Shown here piece by piece: positions 14,239 to 28,680 of a DNA stretch of 64,000 nucleotides (positions are counted from its first letter, which is position 1; the number at the start of each line of letters is the position of its first letter). The DNA lies in the NCBI RefSeq assembly GCF_036321535.1, contig NC_087437.1, forward strand, positions 86,306,001-86,370,000, read 5' to 3'. The stretch is from Camelus dromedarius (taxonomy: Eukaryota). The notes beneath the pieces were generated by a model, which was given only the letters and a program-made list of their open reading frames with translations, did no database searches and was not told the origin of the DNA. The position numbers and the translations under genes are program-made.

Positions 14239-17200
14239 TAATAATTTATTTCAAGATCTACAGTGCTTCAAACATTGCCATGACCAAAACAATTACTTTT
14301 TGGGAATAAATTCCCATTTTCTGCTTGTTTGTATCATTTATTCTATAAATATTGATTAAGCATGTATTACACAGTAACAAACAAACATCCACAATCCATA
14401 GCCCTCATAACCTTAGAGCCCAGCAGGAAAAGAAGCATTAGAAATGTAAGTATGTGTGATGACCACTGTGAAGGGAAAGCACAAGCAGCCACAGGAGAGA
14501 GAGCAGCCACCCACGCCTAGGTGAGAAGTCACAGAAGACCATTCTACAAATACACATCGACTGGGTCAGCAGCTCCTCGGAACATCATGGAAACTTTTCT
14601 GATTCCTTATGAGTCGGAGTAAGAACTATCAAATATATCTTTTTAAGGAAAATGGCCCTTCATTCTGTATTATACAGGTAGCATCTTATGCTCTCCCCTA
14701 TTCTTGACAAGATTTCAGTTTAAAAAAAAAAAAAAAAACCTTCCAAATAATTACTATTACGTATTTTGAAACATTGCTCTTAAAGCTAGCTACCAAGGAA
14801 AGATACTAGATTTTACCTTTAAAATTTTCCTTTTAGGTTCAAACAAAAAAAGTTCTTCGAACATGAAAATCACTTTGGAAAATATAATTATGCTGAGACT
14901 GGCCCAAAATCAGTCTCTATGGGTTTCTATTTTTATTTTGACTACCTTGCAAGTACATAGCTAATTTTTAAGATCATTATGCCACACACTTGAAAACATG
15001 GCTTTAATTAAAAATTTGAGGTAATTAAAGCCTTAACAACAAAAAACCCTCCACAACTTTAGCAGTACAAATGAAAGTTACAGCATAAATTACTGCAATA
15101 CCTGGTAAGAAAGCATTAAATGTATACTTCCAGAATAGAAAGGTTTCAAAGGCTAACATTCACCTAACACTCAAAATTCTATGCAACTCTTTAAACAATG
15201 AAGATGTTCAATCTAACACATGATAAAATGTACATGTCATTACAGCTTAAAATACAGTAAATCATCACCGATTGGGAACAGTTTGGTTGTGATGCTATAT
15301 AACAACAAAGAAACAAAAGATTGTCTATGTCTTTTACTCATGAGTATTGATCAAATACATTAGCCCTTGAATTGAAAAAAATAATATACAGTGTTCTTAG
15401 GTTTATAGTGTCTAGACAATTGACACTAGCAATAAAAAGAATCAGTCATTTGTTCAGACAATAATGTGATAAAAATACGTTAGGCTTTTTTAAGTACTAT
15501 GGACACAAAAATGCCTGAGACATAGTTTCCATCCCAGAATGCTCATCCTCTAATGAGAGTGACTAAAACGTAAACAAATGTGAGTACACTGTCACACTAT
15601 GACAGTTTAAAATGCTCACCCATGTACACAAGATGCTAAAGGAACACAGAAGGAATACATACTCCTTAAGGAACAACTTCATCAAACAGTTAATAAATAG
15701 TTAAGCTGAAAGTGATCACTTCACTCTTATTACAGTTATCCCTGAGTCTTAAATTATATGCTAAACTAGAAAGGCTGATACGGAAAGGACTGTAAAATGT
15801 ACAGTATGCCCATACTAGCAATAAGTAACATAACAGGGATCATGGGTACTCTGATATATAGCCACAAACCTGGTGTTAGAGCCACCTGTGTTCAAGTGTC
15901 AGAACCGCCATTTCCAAAATATATGACCTGGGACATACTATTTTTTCTCAGAATTTCATCAGTGAAATGGGATAATAAAAATAACCATCCACAGGGATGT
16001 GGTAAAATTAAGTAAGACATGCAGGTAAGGGGCACAATGCCTATAGCACACAGTAAGTGCTCAACTATAGCTATTCTTATTACTGCATAAAATTCAAAGT
16101 AGGGAGTCTACAAGATGAGACCAGAGAGTAGGGCAGGGACCAGATTATGGAGGAGGATTAATCTGTTCAGCTTTGCACATATTGACAGTAATGCTTGTCT
16201 CACATTGAAGTCTGAAGCTGGAGGAGAGCTCTGGACTGGGTTTATGAGACACATACATGGTAGTTAAAACTAAGAATAGGAGAAAGAGCCCAGGGAGAGC
16301 ACAGGAAAGAGAAGAGCTGGGGAACAGGGGACATGGAACTCCAAGAACCTTTGATGAAACCCTTAAAATTGTAGCCAGAAAGAAATGAGACCAAAGAAAT
16401 GGCAGTGATAGGAACAGTTTCCAGAAGGGTTAAGAGATGAATATCAAATGTTTTAAGTTTTGTAAAATAAAAGGACCTTTTCAGTAATTGCCACAAATTA
16501 TCTCAGAGACAAATGCTCTCAGCTTTTCCCAAACTCTGCAATACCAATGCTTTGAGTTTATACAGCATGTCCTGATAGTTCAAAGCTACTTTACCCTACC
16601 AATGTCTTCATGCTGACCCTGCAGGAAGAGCAGGTACAAGCTGCCCAAAGTCACAGTGCCAATAAGAAGTTAGTCAACAGCAGTTTCCATAGGAAGTTTA
16701 AATACAATGGTTTGTAAAAATAATAATTATTAATTTAAAGGGCAACTTGAACCATCTTATTTATCCTAAAACTTACTCACATTTATATATATACACACAG
16801 AGAGACACACCCCAGACAGCCAGATAGTCTGGCTCATTTTCACCAAAATAAATCATTTCCCCCCCCCCAGGTCTATCATGATCATAACCTAATTCCTGGA
16901 GCTAAGAGAAGGTAGATTACCTAGTAATAGGTAGATTAACTAAGGTCATGAATTGATGCTGTTAATAAAACCTAACCATGATGTTAATGAAAATCTAATA
17001 ATGGCATTTTTCTGCTTAAAATCCTTAAACAGAATCAAGTCCAAATTCTGCAGCCTCCTCTTCTGCCACACCCCAGCAGGCTTACAAGGTTGGAGATCCC
17101 TCTCCTACAGCCCCCCAGTCCTTCCTGACAAGCTTGTTACCTCAGCAAGTGAACCTTAACTTTCTCGTGCAACTTTTCATACAGTCTGCTCTACTAGCAC

Positions 17201-19398
17201 GTGTCTTAATCAACTCCACAGCCTTAGGATCAAATGTGCTGAGCATACAGCAGGCATCTTTACTAAATGAAAACAACATAAATATATGTATTTTTGATCC
17301 TTCATTTACTAAGTAAATATTAAGTAAAATTAAAACACGTAACTTTACGTTCAGAAAGTACTATAATGGATATAATTTATATAAATCTTCACAGCAAAGT
17401 AGCAGTTCAATATTAAAGAATGTAATTAAAATTAACTATTTCCTTACATCAAATTAGCTAAAGTCTTCTGAGAAAATTTACATGCTTATGATTCAAGGTA
17501 ATGATTAGCAGTGAGAAAGATTTTAAAACTAAAAGAGTTCTGAGTTAAAAAAAAAAAAAAAAAAGTAGGGATTAAGAGAGCCAAAGGCCTGTTTCATGTA
17601 TTTTATCTCAGGGACCCTTTTTCTATAACGCATATACAAAAATAACACATCATAAATATAAGCAAACATAATATTGGAGTTTTGAACTTAGAAAACATTT
17701 GAATTCTGAAACTTTTCTGAATGACATCACAATCTTTTGAATATCTACAACTCTAAACTTCCTCATCTGTCAACTAAGGAAGACAATACTTCAGATGACG
17801 TAATTACATAAAAGCTAACTTCAAAAATATTATGCATGTTAAAACACTTCACTAAAAAACCTATAAAGCACAATTTAATACAACAAAGTTGATATTTATT
17901 GCCTAAAATATTTAAAACTATATGGCACAATCTAAAAAAGTAACAAATCATATTAAAAGGGACTTGGAAACACTGCTTTATGATATATGTGTGAAAGAAA
18001 AAAAAACCTATCACAAAAAAAAATTGATACAATAAAAATTTACCAAAAACATTTATGGTGTGATTTTATTGTACAAATGCACTACTTGCTGACATTTTAA
18101 TAAAGATTGCAGAGTCTGGGACAATATTACATCAAAATCACTATCTACATTTGTTAAGCACCAGTAAGAGGACCAAACTTAGGATCATGTTAGCTTTGAA
18201 GTCTTGATCAAGTGAAATTCTTAGTGTCAGTCTGTTCATTTCTAAAATACAAAGGAGTAGAATAAGAATGTCTCTAGATCCCTTTCTATCCTAAAATTTG
18301 GAAATCCTTACTAGGAATAAACGAGAAGCTGGCAAGAGACAAAAAGAAATGTTAATATAGCCCAGATCTGCACATGGCACATCAGATAATCCTTGCTAAT
18401 CTGTATGTACAGCTTAATTAAGAAATTAAGAACCAGCAATTTCTATAAATAGTCTAGGATTTACAGTTATATTTACTTAGACTACGAAAGATGGTGACTA
18501 GGGTGCTGTTTCCCCACTGAAAAAATTCCTAGCAGAGATGACATCTCATAATATCACAGTATGTTTTACCAGACACCACACTGATACATAATCCACACTG
18601 CTTACTGTGACATCTGTGTCTCTTCTTTCAAACTTGGCCACAGTGAATAACAATTTACAAACAAATTTGAAGTAAAACTTTCTGATAGGCTGAATTGCGA
18701 CAAGGAAAAACTCACATGGGCAAGGAACTAGTTCTAGCTAGTGGTTACCTTAGGGCAGGGATGGTAGGAGATGAATAGGATGCAAGGAGTTTCACAGATT
18801 TATCTATTTCTTCTGAAAAAAGCTGAAATGTGATGACCAAAGGTTAATATTTGTAAAACCTGGGTAGTGGACACATGAGTACTTATTATATTTTTCTTTT
18901 TGTTTAAATAATAGTAAAAACATTTTTTATTATTTTAAATTATGTCATTCTTGCTGCCAGAACTCCTTCCTTTAAATTGATGTTAATTTTCTGCCTCTCT
19001 AGGTGGCTCATTCCTAAAATCATGCTCATTGTAAGCACAGGAAGCACAAATTTCTTCAAGACTCAGATAAAATTATCAAAATCCCGCTTCCAATTCTTGC
19101 TAGAAATCTTGGAAATCATCTCTAAACTCTTGCATACGCTATCATGTTTTATGTGCACTATTTTACCACCTAGGTGCTATCTGGTATAAATAACCTGAGT
19201 TCAGAGTAAATAGATGATAATACACGTAAGGGTGAGGACCTGCTGACAGGGTCCAGATATTTACTGAGAATCACACTTGATAGACCTTGTGTTCTTTGTC
19301 CAGGATGAAGGCTGCTCCCTATACACAAAATAAATTCCAATAGAGATTCAAATGTTAAAAATTAAAACATAAAAGTACTACGAAAAAAGTATAGGTAA

Positions 19399-19545
19399 GG
19401 GGGGAGGGTATAGCTCAGAGGTACAGTGCATGCCTAGCATGTATGAGGTCCTGGGTTCAATCCCCAGTATCTCCACTAAAAAAAGTAAGTAAATAAACCT
19501 AATTACCCACCACCAAAATAAAACAAAACAATGGGAAAAAAAAAA
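19399..19545 (+). mobile_element. tRNA-derived SINE (Vic-1 type)
   Basis: GGGGAGGGTATAGCTCAG...GGTTCAATCCCCAG...AAATAAACCTAATTACC; imperfect TSD AAAAAAGTATA. Confidence 0.9.
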
Positions 19546-19599
19546 GTATAAGTGAATATATTCTTGGAGTGGTGATGAATCTCCTAACTATTATACTGA

Positions 19600-20280
19600 A
19601 AGTGATACATTTGAATAAAAAAATTTTAATATGCATGCTTAAAAAACCACCAAAAAATTAAAAATATAACAAATGAAAGAAAAATATCTGCAACATATAC
19701 TACACAGAAAGGGTTACTAGTACAAAAACTTAAAACCTCTTCTAGAAAAATAAGTAAGTAAATGGACCTGTTCCATAGAAAAACAGCAAAGGGACTCACA
19801 GGAAATTCTGAAAAGAATACAAATGTCCAAGAAAAAAACTTTTAATCTTACCAGTAATCAATAAAATAGAAACTAAAAGCAGATAGTATTTCCTACTATA
19901 ACCTGGAAAAAAATGAAAAAATGATGACTCATATTTTTGAGGAAAAAACCACTCTCATACTCTGCTGGCAGGAGTAGAAATTGGTTGAAAAAAAAAACAA
20001 GAAGCCTTTCTGCAGAGCAATTTGACAATATATATCATATACCTTAAACTTTTCTATGTCATTCGATCTAGAATTCCATTTCCAAAGACATTCAAATCAG
20101 GATGCTCACCAAAGCACTGTTGATAGTAGTGAAAAATTTTAAATATTCTAAATATTTAATAACAGAAATGATTGAACACACTTTGGTGAATCTGTATAAC
20201 AAAATACTCTGCTGCTATTAAAAAGATGTTCAACAAAAATACGTAGTGATGCAAAAAGATGTTAATTATGCATTAAAGTA
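19600..20280 (+). mobile_element. Old L1M 3' fragment
   Basis: ACTCTCATACTCTGCTGGCAGGAGTAGAAATTGGT...GCAATTTGACAATAT...GATGCTCACCAAAGCACTGTT...AATACTCTGCTGCTATTAAAAAG. Confidence 0.65.
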
Positions 20281-20559
20281 AAAAAAAATAAAAGCTTAAT
20301 TTAAATTTGCCCCTTTGTACTTAACTTTGCCTTCAATGTTCTACAATAAATATGCATTACCTTTAAATAACAATAAATATACATTACTTTTAAATGTTTT
20401 AAAATAACAGCAGCTCCTGTCCACAAGACATCCTGGAAGACTAGGGAAATTGAATAAACATTTCATCGTAACTAATGGGTAAGTAGAGACTAATACAGGG
20501 TGCTAATAAACAAACACAAGGCAAGGTAAAGAATCTAGCTGGAATTTAAAGAAAGTTTC

Positions 20560-21550
20560 CCAATGGAGAGAATCTCCCAACTGAGATTTAAACATGATTA
20601 AGAACAGTCAGAAAAGAGAAGGGCATTCAGGGAGGAATAGAGGGACTAGAGAACTTAAGTACCCCAAATATGGAATGACAGGAAGAGAAAGAATGGCTTA
20701 TGATGAGACCTATAGCCACGCTCAGGTCAAATCCAAGAATCCAGTAAGTAAGAAGCTTGGATGTTATCCTGAAGCAATTAAGAAAGACTCAAGGTTTAAA
20801 ATCAGTTGCATATTAAAAAGACCACTGACAATGTAGAGAATTAATCAGAAAGGATAGTGAAAAGTCTGTCAAAGACATCTGGGGGAGAAATAAAAGAAAC
20901 CTTATCTAAACAGAGCAGTGGGTATGAAAAGCCTGAAAGAGTGCAAGACACGAAAGCAAAGGACTTGATTTGAGAACAAGGCACAAAGAGGTGTCCAGGA
21001 TTACTCTAGGCTTCTGATCGGTAATAGGAAGGGAGAAGCAATTCGGCAGAGAAATGAGAGAAGATGTAAGTTCAGTTTTGGATGTGCTGGGATTGAGGAT
21101 CCTGTGGTAATTAGATACGTAAGTCTTCTAGTGGTGGATGAAGTCTCTGTGCTGGAAACAGAGACTTGAGAGTCAATGTTGAGGTGGGAGCTGAAGTCCT
21201 CTATATGGTGAGACTGACCACAAAGGGAGAGTATGTGGAAGAAGAGAGTTGAAGACAGGAGCTGGGCAGACCTGAGAGTCAGAGGAAGAAAGGCTAACTG
21301 GCAAAAACAGAAAAGGAAATAGGCAGAAACATAAAAACAAAATTTTAATTCAGGGAAAAGAAATCAGAGAATTCCAAGAAGAGAGTGATTTTAAGTGTCG
21401 AATGATGCCAACAGATTGAAAAGAATCCACTAGATTTAAGAACCAGGCAGCACCTGGTGTAGCAAGAACTGAAGGGTCTAGTGGAAGACTTCAAAAGCAA
21501 GAAGTTAAGGAATGCACTAGAGGGGAGGAAGTTGAGAAAATACCAGTCAT
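20560..21550 (-). mobile_element. Degraded L2 fragment
   Basis: Purine-rich L2-like motifs such as AGTTCAGTTTTGGATGTGCTG and GACTTGAGAGTCA. Confidence 0.55.
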
Positions 21551-21624
21551 ACACTGTGGGTTGTTAAGTCCGGGGTTAAGGGAAGGAGGAAGGGTAGTGG
21601 CTGCAGGGACAGAGGGTTGTTTAG

Positions 21625-22050
21625 GATGGCAGACAGAGAAAAACAACCTCCCAAAGATGTCCACATCCTAATTCCCGGAACCTGTGAATACATTAGCTTA
21701 CATGGCAAAAGGAACTTTGTAGGTGTGATTAAGCTAAGGATTCTGGATGGGGATCTTAGCTTGGAGTATCCAGGTAGACTAGATGTAATCACAAAAGTCC
21801 TTTCTTATGAGAGGGAAGTAGATCAGAGAAGAGAGAAGATACCATACTCTAGACTTTGAAGATGGAAGAAGGGGGTCACAAGTGAAGGAATGCAGGCAGC
21901 CTCTTTCTTTGCTGGAAAAGGCAAAGAAAAACAGATTCTCCCGTAAAGCCTCCAGAAGGTATGCAAGTAACCCTGCTGACCCATTTTAGACTTCTCATCT
22001 CAGAACTGTGGGAAATAAATTTAAGTCACTAAGTTAATAGCAACTTATTA
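21625..22050 (+). mobile_element. MLT1D-like LTR
   Basis: CCCAAAGATGTCCACATCCTAATTCCCGGAACCTGTGAATAC...GGAATGCAGGCAGCCTCT...CAGAACTGT...AATAGGAAAC. Confidence 0.85.
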
Positions 22051-22627
22051 CAGTAGAAATAGGAAACATGTCATTTGGTTTATTTTTTAGTAAGAGAGGC
22101 TTGAGCATGTTTACTTACTAAAGAAAGAACAGAAGTGAAGCTCTGAAGACAAAAAAGAAAGGGAGTTTGTATTGTTGATGATAAAACTGAACAGTAAATT
22201 TTGGGATAAAAGCTGAGGTTTATTCTTGTATCCCAGAAGTTCTCTCTGTGATCTCTGGCTGAATGCTGAATGACTGAAGTTCACTAGGCAATGGGAAGAA
22301 ATGCAATAAAGAGCACAGGCGTTAAGAATTAGCCTTGGAAAGGAAAAGGAACTCTTCTTCCATTAACAGAAAGGGAGGAAGGGAAGGGTATCTATACTGA
22401 TAAATACAAAATGAATTGAGGAGGGTAATCTACTAATCAGCACTTACCTCCTAAGATCAGAGGTATTATTTACTGAGTAACTACTATGTGCAAAGTATGA
22501 GGTACTTGCATAAATTTTCTTTCTCAAAATGTTGCAAGACAGAAATTATCCACAACTGACTGCAGGAAAAGTGCCAAAACTCCTAGGATTCAGACGCAAA
22601 TCTGTTTGACTCAAAAACACTAAAATA

Positions 22628-23095
22628 TTGAGAAATCTGGCAGACGCACTATAACCAAGTGATCAAGGTAACAGCATCAGTAATAAGACATCAGAATTAT
22701 GCACCCTTTGATAGGATGTACCAAGGACAGATCACCTCTGTGGTATTCCTTTACCCAATTCTGTAGTAACACCTTTATCAAATCACAAGAAAACATCAAA
22801 CAGTGTGAGAGGTATTGTACAAAACAACTGATAAGTACTCTTCAAAGTCTCAAGATTATGAAAGACAAGGGAAGACTGAGGAACTATTACAGACTGAGGG
22901 AGAACAAAGACAAAACAAAGCAATGTGGAATCCTTGACTAGATCCTGGACAGGAAAAAAAAAAAATAAGGAAAGCATTAGGTGTTAAACTAGTGAACTCA
23001 AAATAAAATCCATAATTTAGTTAATAGTATTATACCAAAGTTAATCTCAGCTTTGATCATTGTATCATAATCTCAAAATAAAAGTTTAAAAAACC
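22628..23095 (+). mobile_element. L1MC-like 3' UTR fragment
   Basis: GAGAAATCTGGCAGAC..AACCAAGTGATCAAGGT..CAATGTGGAATCCT..GATCCTGGACAGGAAAAA. Confidence 0.6.
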
Positions 23096-23579
23096 CCACT
23101 ATACTGCACTGCTTGCTTCCACAGGAGCAAGCCACTTATTTACCTGTGGGTCTAGCTTTTAGTCTTTTCAAGGTTAATTTGAATTAGCCTATGTTTAGGT
23201 TCTGCCTGGTGGCTAACAACAGCACACACAGCGTTCCTGAATTGCCTGGCATCCTGGTCTGACTCCTGACCTAGACTGGTGCTTTAACACTTGACCTCTG
23301 GCTCCTGTACATCACACATTTTGAATACTGTCATCCAAACCCTGACCCCAGTCTCTAGAATAATATGTTCATTGGGAGAGCATCTAAGTGGGGACAGGTG
23401 GGTAAATCCAAAGGCTGCCATATAACAGCAAAGTCAGCAAAGTAACCTCAGAACATAGCGTATAATAATGATCATCTCTCTTACACACACTCCTCACATG
23501 TGCAAACACATCTTCATAAAATGTAAACATGAAGAGGACTCTTAATAAGGGTTGCATAGTCTAAGACTTAAAAAATACT

Positions 23580-23616
23580 GTCTATGGCCATACCCTGAAC
23601 ACAACCGATCTCATCT
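23580..23616 (+). pseudogene. 5S rRNA 5'-fragment retropseudogene (tailless)
   Basis: GTCTATGGCCATACCCTGAACACAACCGATCTCATCT resembles the 5S 5' end GTCTACGGCCATACCACCCTGAACGCGCCCGATCTCGTCT. Flanked by the direct repeat TCTAAGACTTAAAAAATAC at 23560-23578 and 23614-23632. Confidence 0.85.
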
Positions 23617-23929
23617 AAGACTTAAAAAATACAGAATACATCATAAATGCACAAAATTTAATATATTTCTCAAATCAGCTTACTCTCTTCTCATTTATTC
23701 CAGTAAATGGACTACTTGCTAATGTTATTTACTTTAGGATGATTATTGCTAAGAAGTAATCAAACTACATACAGTACTTTGCAAATATTTATTCAGCCAC
23801 TATTATGAACCAGGTATTGAATAAGGGTACTTAAAAGATAAGTGTAATCCTATTTAAGTTCTTTGACAGTTAACTCTATCCAACAGTGAGAGATTTTACC
23901 CATTTCCTATATATTTGGCCATGATCTGT

Positions 23930-24240
23930 ATCAGTGAGGTCCAATAAAAATATACTACAAGCTACATATATAAGTTTGTTTTCTAGTTTAAATTTTCTAG
24001 TAACTGCATTCTAAAAAATGAAAACAAAAGGTGAAAATAAGCTAAGCATTATATTTTATTTAATCCAATATATGCAGAAGTTATCATTTCAACATGTAAT
24101 CAAACTGAAAAAAGACTGATATTTACCTTTTTCCTTTCTGCATAATAAATCTTCAAAATCCACTTTGTATTATACACTTACAGCACACAAACCCAACTAG
24201 CCACACGCAGCTAGTCACTACCCTATTGGACAGCACAGAT
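23930..24240. mobile_element. MER33-like hAT-Charlie MITE
   Basis: GTCCAATA...TTTAAATTTTCTAGTA...TATCATTTCAACATGTAATCAA...ACACTTACAGCACA...CTAGCCACA...TATTGGACAGCACAG. Confidence 0.75.
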
Positions 24241-24553
24241 CTTGATGCTACTACTTATTAAAGAATAAAATAAACTCTGAGTTATAGTGTTAAATTTCAA
24301 TTCTGCTTTATTAATCAAATCCAACTATCTGTTCTACTTGGAAATCAATACATTCTCTGTTCTCTGAATTTTGTTTTTATTTTAATCATTCCAGAGATTA
24401 TTATACTATATCTTCTGAGAGAAGCAAGCACAAAGAATGATGAATTAAGTTGAAAACTCCTTCAGAGTGCAAGCTTTTTGAGTGTTTTAGTTAAAAGAAC
24501 ACATGCTACTCTCACAAAAATAAAATGTATTTTTAAAAAAACCAGACATTGAA

Positions 24554-24705
24554 GGGGGAGGGTATAGCTCAGTGGTAGAGTGCATGGCTAGAAGGCATGA
24601 GGTCCTGGGTTCAATCCTCTGTATGTGCAGCAAAAATAAATAAATGAATAAACCTAATTACCCACACTGCCCCCAAAAAAGAAATGTTTAAAAAAAAGAA
24701 AGAGA
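24554..24705 (+). mobile_element. tRNA-derived SINE (Vic-1 type)
   Basis: Same A/B box head and AAACCTAATTACCC tail region as the other copies. Confidence 0.9.
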
Positions 24706-25729
24706 GACATAGAGAAAAACATAAGGGGCCAACTATTATGAATGGCTGTCCAGCCTTAGCCGACTCTACAATCACATCAGAACATGATTAAAACAGATTA
24801 AATGAGTCTACACACCCAAACACATCTCGACTCTAAAGAGTTGATCATATCACTTATAATTAAAAGATTTACATTCATTTAAGACTTAATGGAGAAGAAT
24901 TTAAAAGTTTCATTTAAAGTAAATTTCCAAATGTACACATATATTCTTCTTTAAAAGTGTAGCTTTCAGACTCATTCTATAAAGGATAGTTCATCTTTAT
25001 GGCAAACACTTCTTTGAAATGTTAATGATCTTAAAAAAAAAAAAAGCTTTTGCAATAATTGACCCTTGGCCTGATTCTAAAGTAGAACTATAAAAAATTG
25101 TCATTATTTATAAAGACTAACAAACAACGTTTCTTCATAAGTTGGGCCGCTCAATTTTAAAAGCATCGTTTTCACTGACTACTTCCTAGCAGAGTGCCTG
25201 GCACACAGTATTTCCTCAACAAATGAATGAATATCAAGCAGCAGGTGCTAAGTATTAATACATTAAGCATTTCAAAATGAAACGTTAAAAAAATGGACTC
25301 TTTCAATTAAAGTGCTTAACTAGATCCCATTTTGAAATTGAAGCTACACTACAGTTAAGAAAACTTTCCATCAGTTATTTTCATTTAACACAACATGGTA
25401 TAGATATCACCACCGTCATTTAATGTGAGGAAGGTGGGGCCAAAGAGATTAAGTCATATAATTATTAAGCAGTGGAGCCAGATTTCAAGCCCAAGTCCCC
25501 AGTGTGTGTGTGTTGGGAAGGGGGTGTGTGTATGTTAAGAAAACAATATCCCATGTTTCCCAATTTAAAAAAAAAATCCCATTACAAAAGTTTCAGGGGA
25601 AGACTACACAACGGATAGTTCCCAATTCCACACACACATGAAATCCACAACTTTTTTAAGAAATTAGGACCCATTTAAATGATAACAATCGGCATTATGT
25701 ATGAGAATTTAACTCCAACTAAACAAAAA

Positions 25730-26690
<961 letters not shown>

Positions 26691-26712
26691 AGAAACAATT
26701 AAGGAGGGAAAA

Positions 26713-26858
26713 GGAGGGAGGGTATAGTTCAAGTGGTAGAGCGTGTGCTTAGCATGCATGAGGTCCTGAGTTCAATCTCCAGTACCTCCTCTAAGAATAA
26801 ATAAATAAACCTAATTACCTCCCCCCACCAAAAAACAACAACAAAAGCAAACAGAAAA
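26713..26858 (+). mobile_element. tRNA-derived SINE (Vic-1 type)
   Basis: SINE body with TSD AAGGAGGGAAAA at 26701-26712 and 26859-26870. Confidence 0.92.
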
Positions 26859-28279
26859 AAGGAGGGAAAAACTCATTTGCTAACTATCCAATAGTTCAGA
26901 TGAGAGTGACATTTTAATCTGTATAACGTTTATTGCTGTTCGTTACATAAAATGTGAGATGGAATTGTATGATACTGTGTGAGGGGTTATGATTACCCAA
27001 AAAAATAACATAGTCATTGTAGAAAATGGGAAAAACACTGAAAAAAGAACAAGCTGAAGAAAATACAATCTCACACTCACCACCCAAAGATAGTGTTAAC
27101 ACTTTGATGTATATTTTTTCCAGGATTTTTAGATACATAGATTGCTAGCTATTTGGTTTCTGCAAGATGGAGATCATGATCTATTGGCTGTTTTGTAACG
27201 TTTTATTTTATGAAAAGAAATACATAATATCTACATTTCCTTTATATTCTTTGGAAATAAAGAAGTGACAAGCACACTCCTATAGAAAAAAATGAATGTA
27301 TTATATGTAGGGAGCTGTGTGTCCATTCAGCCTCTACTTAAATATATATATTCAAACCTTGGTAAAAGGAGAAGAGGACCCTGGGAAGCCCAGTGTATCC
27401 AAGACAAAATAATAGTTTGGGACTAAGGTAGATCTAGTTTTAAAATTATTCTCTTTTACTCACTCATGTAACCCTAGTTCAAACTCGTATACATCTCTTA
27501 CAGCTTATTGGCTTTGAACTCAAGTACCCTATAAGTAAAATGGAAATGAAAATACCTACTTTGCAGGGCTGCTAAGATGATGAAATGAGAGAACTAAAGC
27601 TCAAGTGCAATTTCTAGCAAGTAATAGCAGATTTTGAAGTTGGTGTCATCTGTCCTAAAAACATTTAATGGTACGTATCCCCCTACCTCTGCCTCCAAAC
27701 TGCTAGGGATCTTGTTCACTATTCTCATTGTCCTGCCTTGATAACTTAACATTTCTTTCCAGTTGCTCGAGGCCTCTACTGGTTTTCCTAACTGAACCTG
27801 TCCTTCGTCATCAGTGCTGGGCTGCCTCTGCCCAGACTACCCTGTCCAGACACTATAATACCTCTATTACTAAATTTAATACAGGTAACTCTTCTAAAAT
27901 TCTTTCCTCCCTTGGCTTTTCACAATTATGTACTATTCTTGTTCTCTTCCAATCTCATTGGTTACCCTTTTTCAACTTCCTATATATATTCTCTAAGATC
28001 TGACCCTATCCCTCTGCTTTCCTTTTTAAAAAACATGTTCTCTTCAAGAAGCCAATGACTACTTCTGTGCCTGAAGGGCCTTTCTTTACTTACTATCCTC
28101 AAGCATTTCTGAAACTCAATACTCAACCCCACCTTTTTCCCCAAACTATACGCAACCTCAGCTCTACTTCTTCTCTTCCCTAATTCTAATAGTGATACAT
28201 TACCAAACATTTCTGGTGCCAACATACAGTTGGTCAGTTAGTTAACTGGATGATTGTTAGTTTTTCAATATATTAAGTG

Positions 28280-28680
28280 GTCTGGTAGACATATATGCTG
28301 CTCACTACTTCCAGTTGTCTTTTTCTTTTATAAGCACATGAGAGAGTTATTTCTACCCTCTTGAAGTCATGGGAACTGCTTTGTCCATTGAAATGTGAGT
28401 GTAGTGACTGTATCACTTCTTTGTGGAAGGATCTAAGAGCTAGTCCACAATCTCCATGTTCTATCTTTCTTCCCTTGCAATAGTAACTGTGGAAGCCTAC
28501 TTTACCTTTGAAGTACTTATGATATCAAAACAGCATATAATGCTGAGCCAACACATGGGAGACAGCTGCCTGGAAAGTCCTGTAGGTGACTTCCCATGAG
28601 CAAGAAATAAACACTTATTTTAAGCCACTGTAATTTTGTGGCTGTTTTGCCACAGTACAATCTAGTTTATTCTAAATGAA
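28280..28680 (+). mobile_element. MLT1J-like LTR
   Basis: GAAATGTGAGTG...ATGAGCAAGAAATAAAC...TTAAGCCACTG...ACAGTACAATCTAG. Confidence 0.65.
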
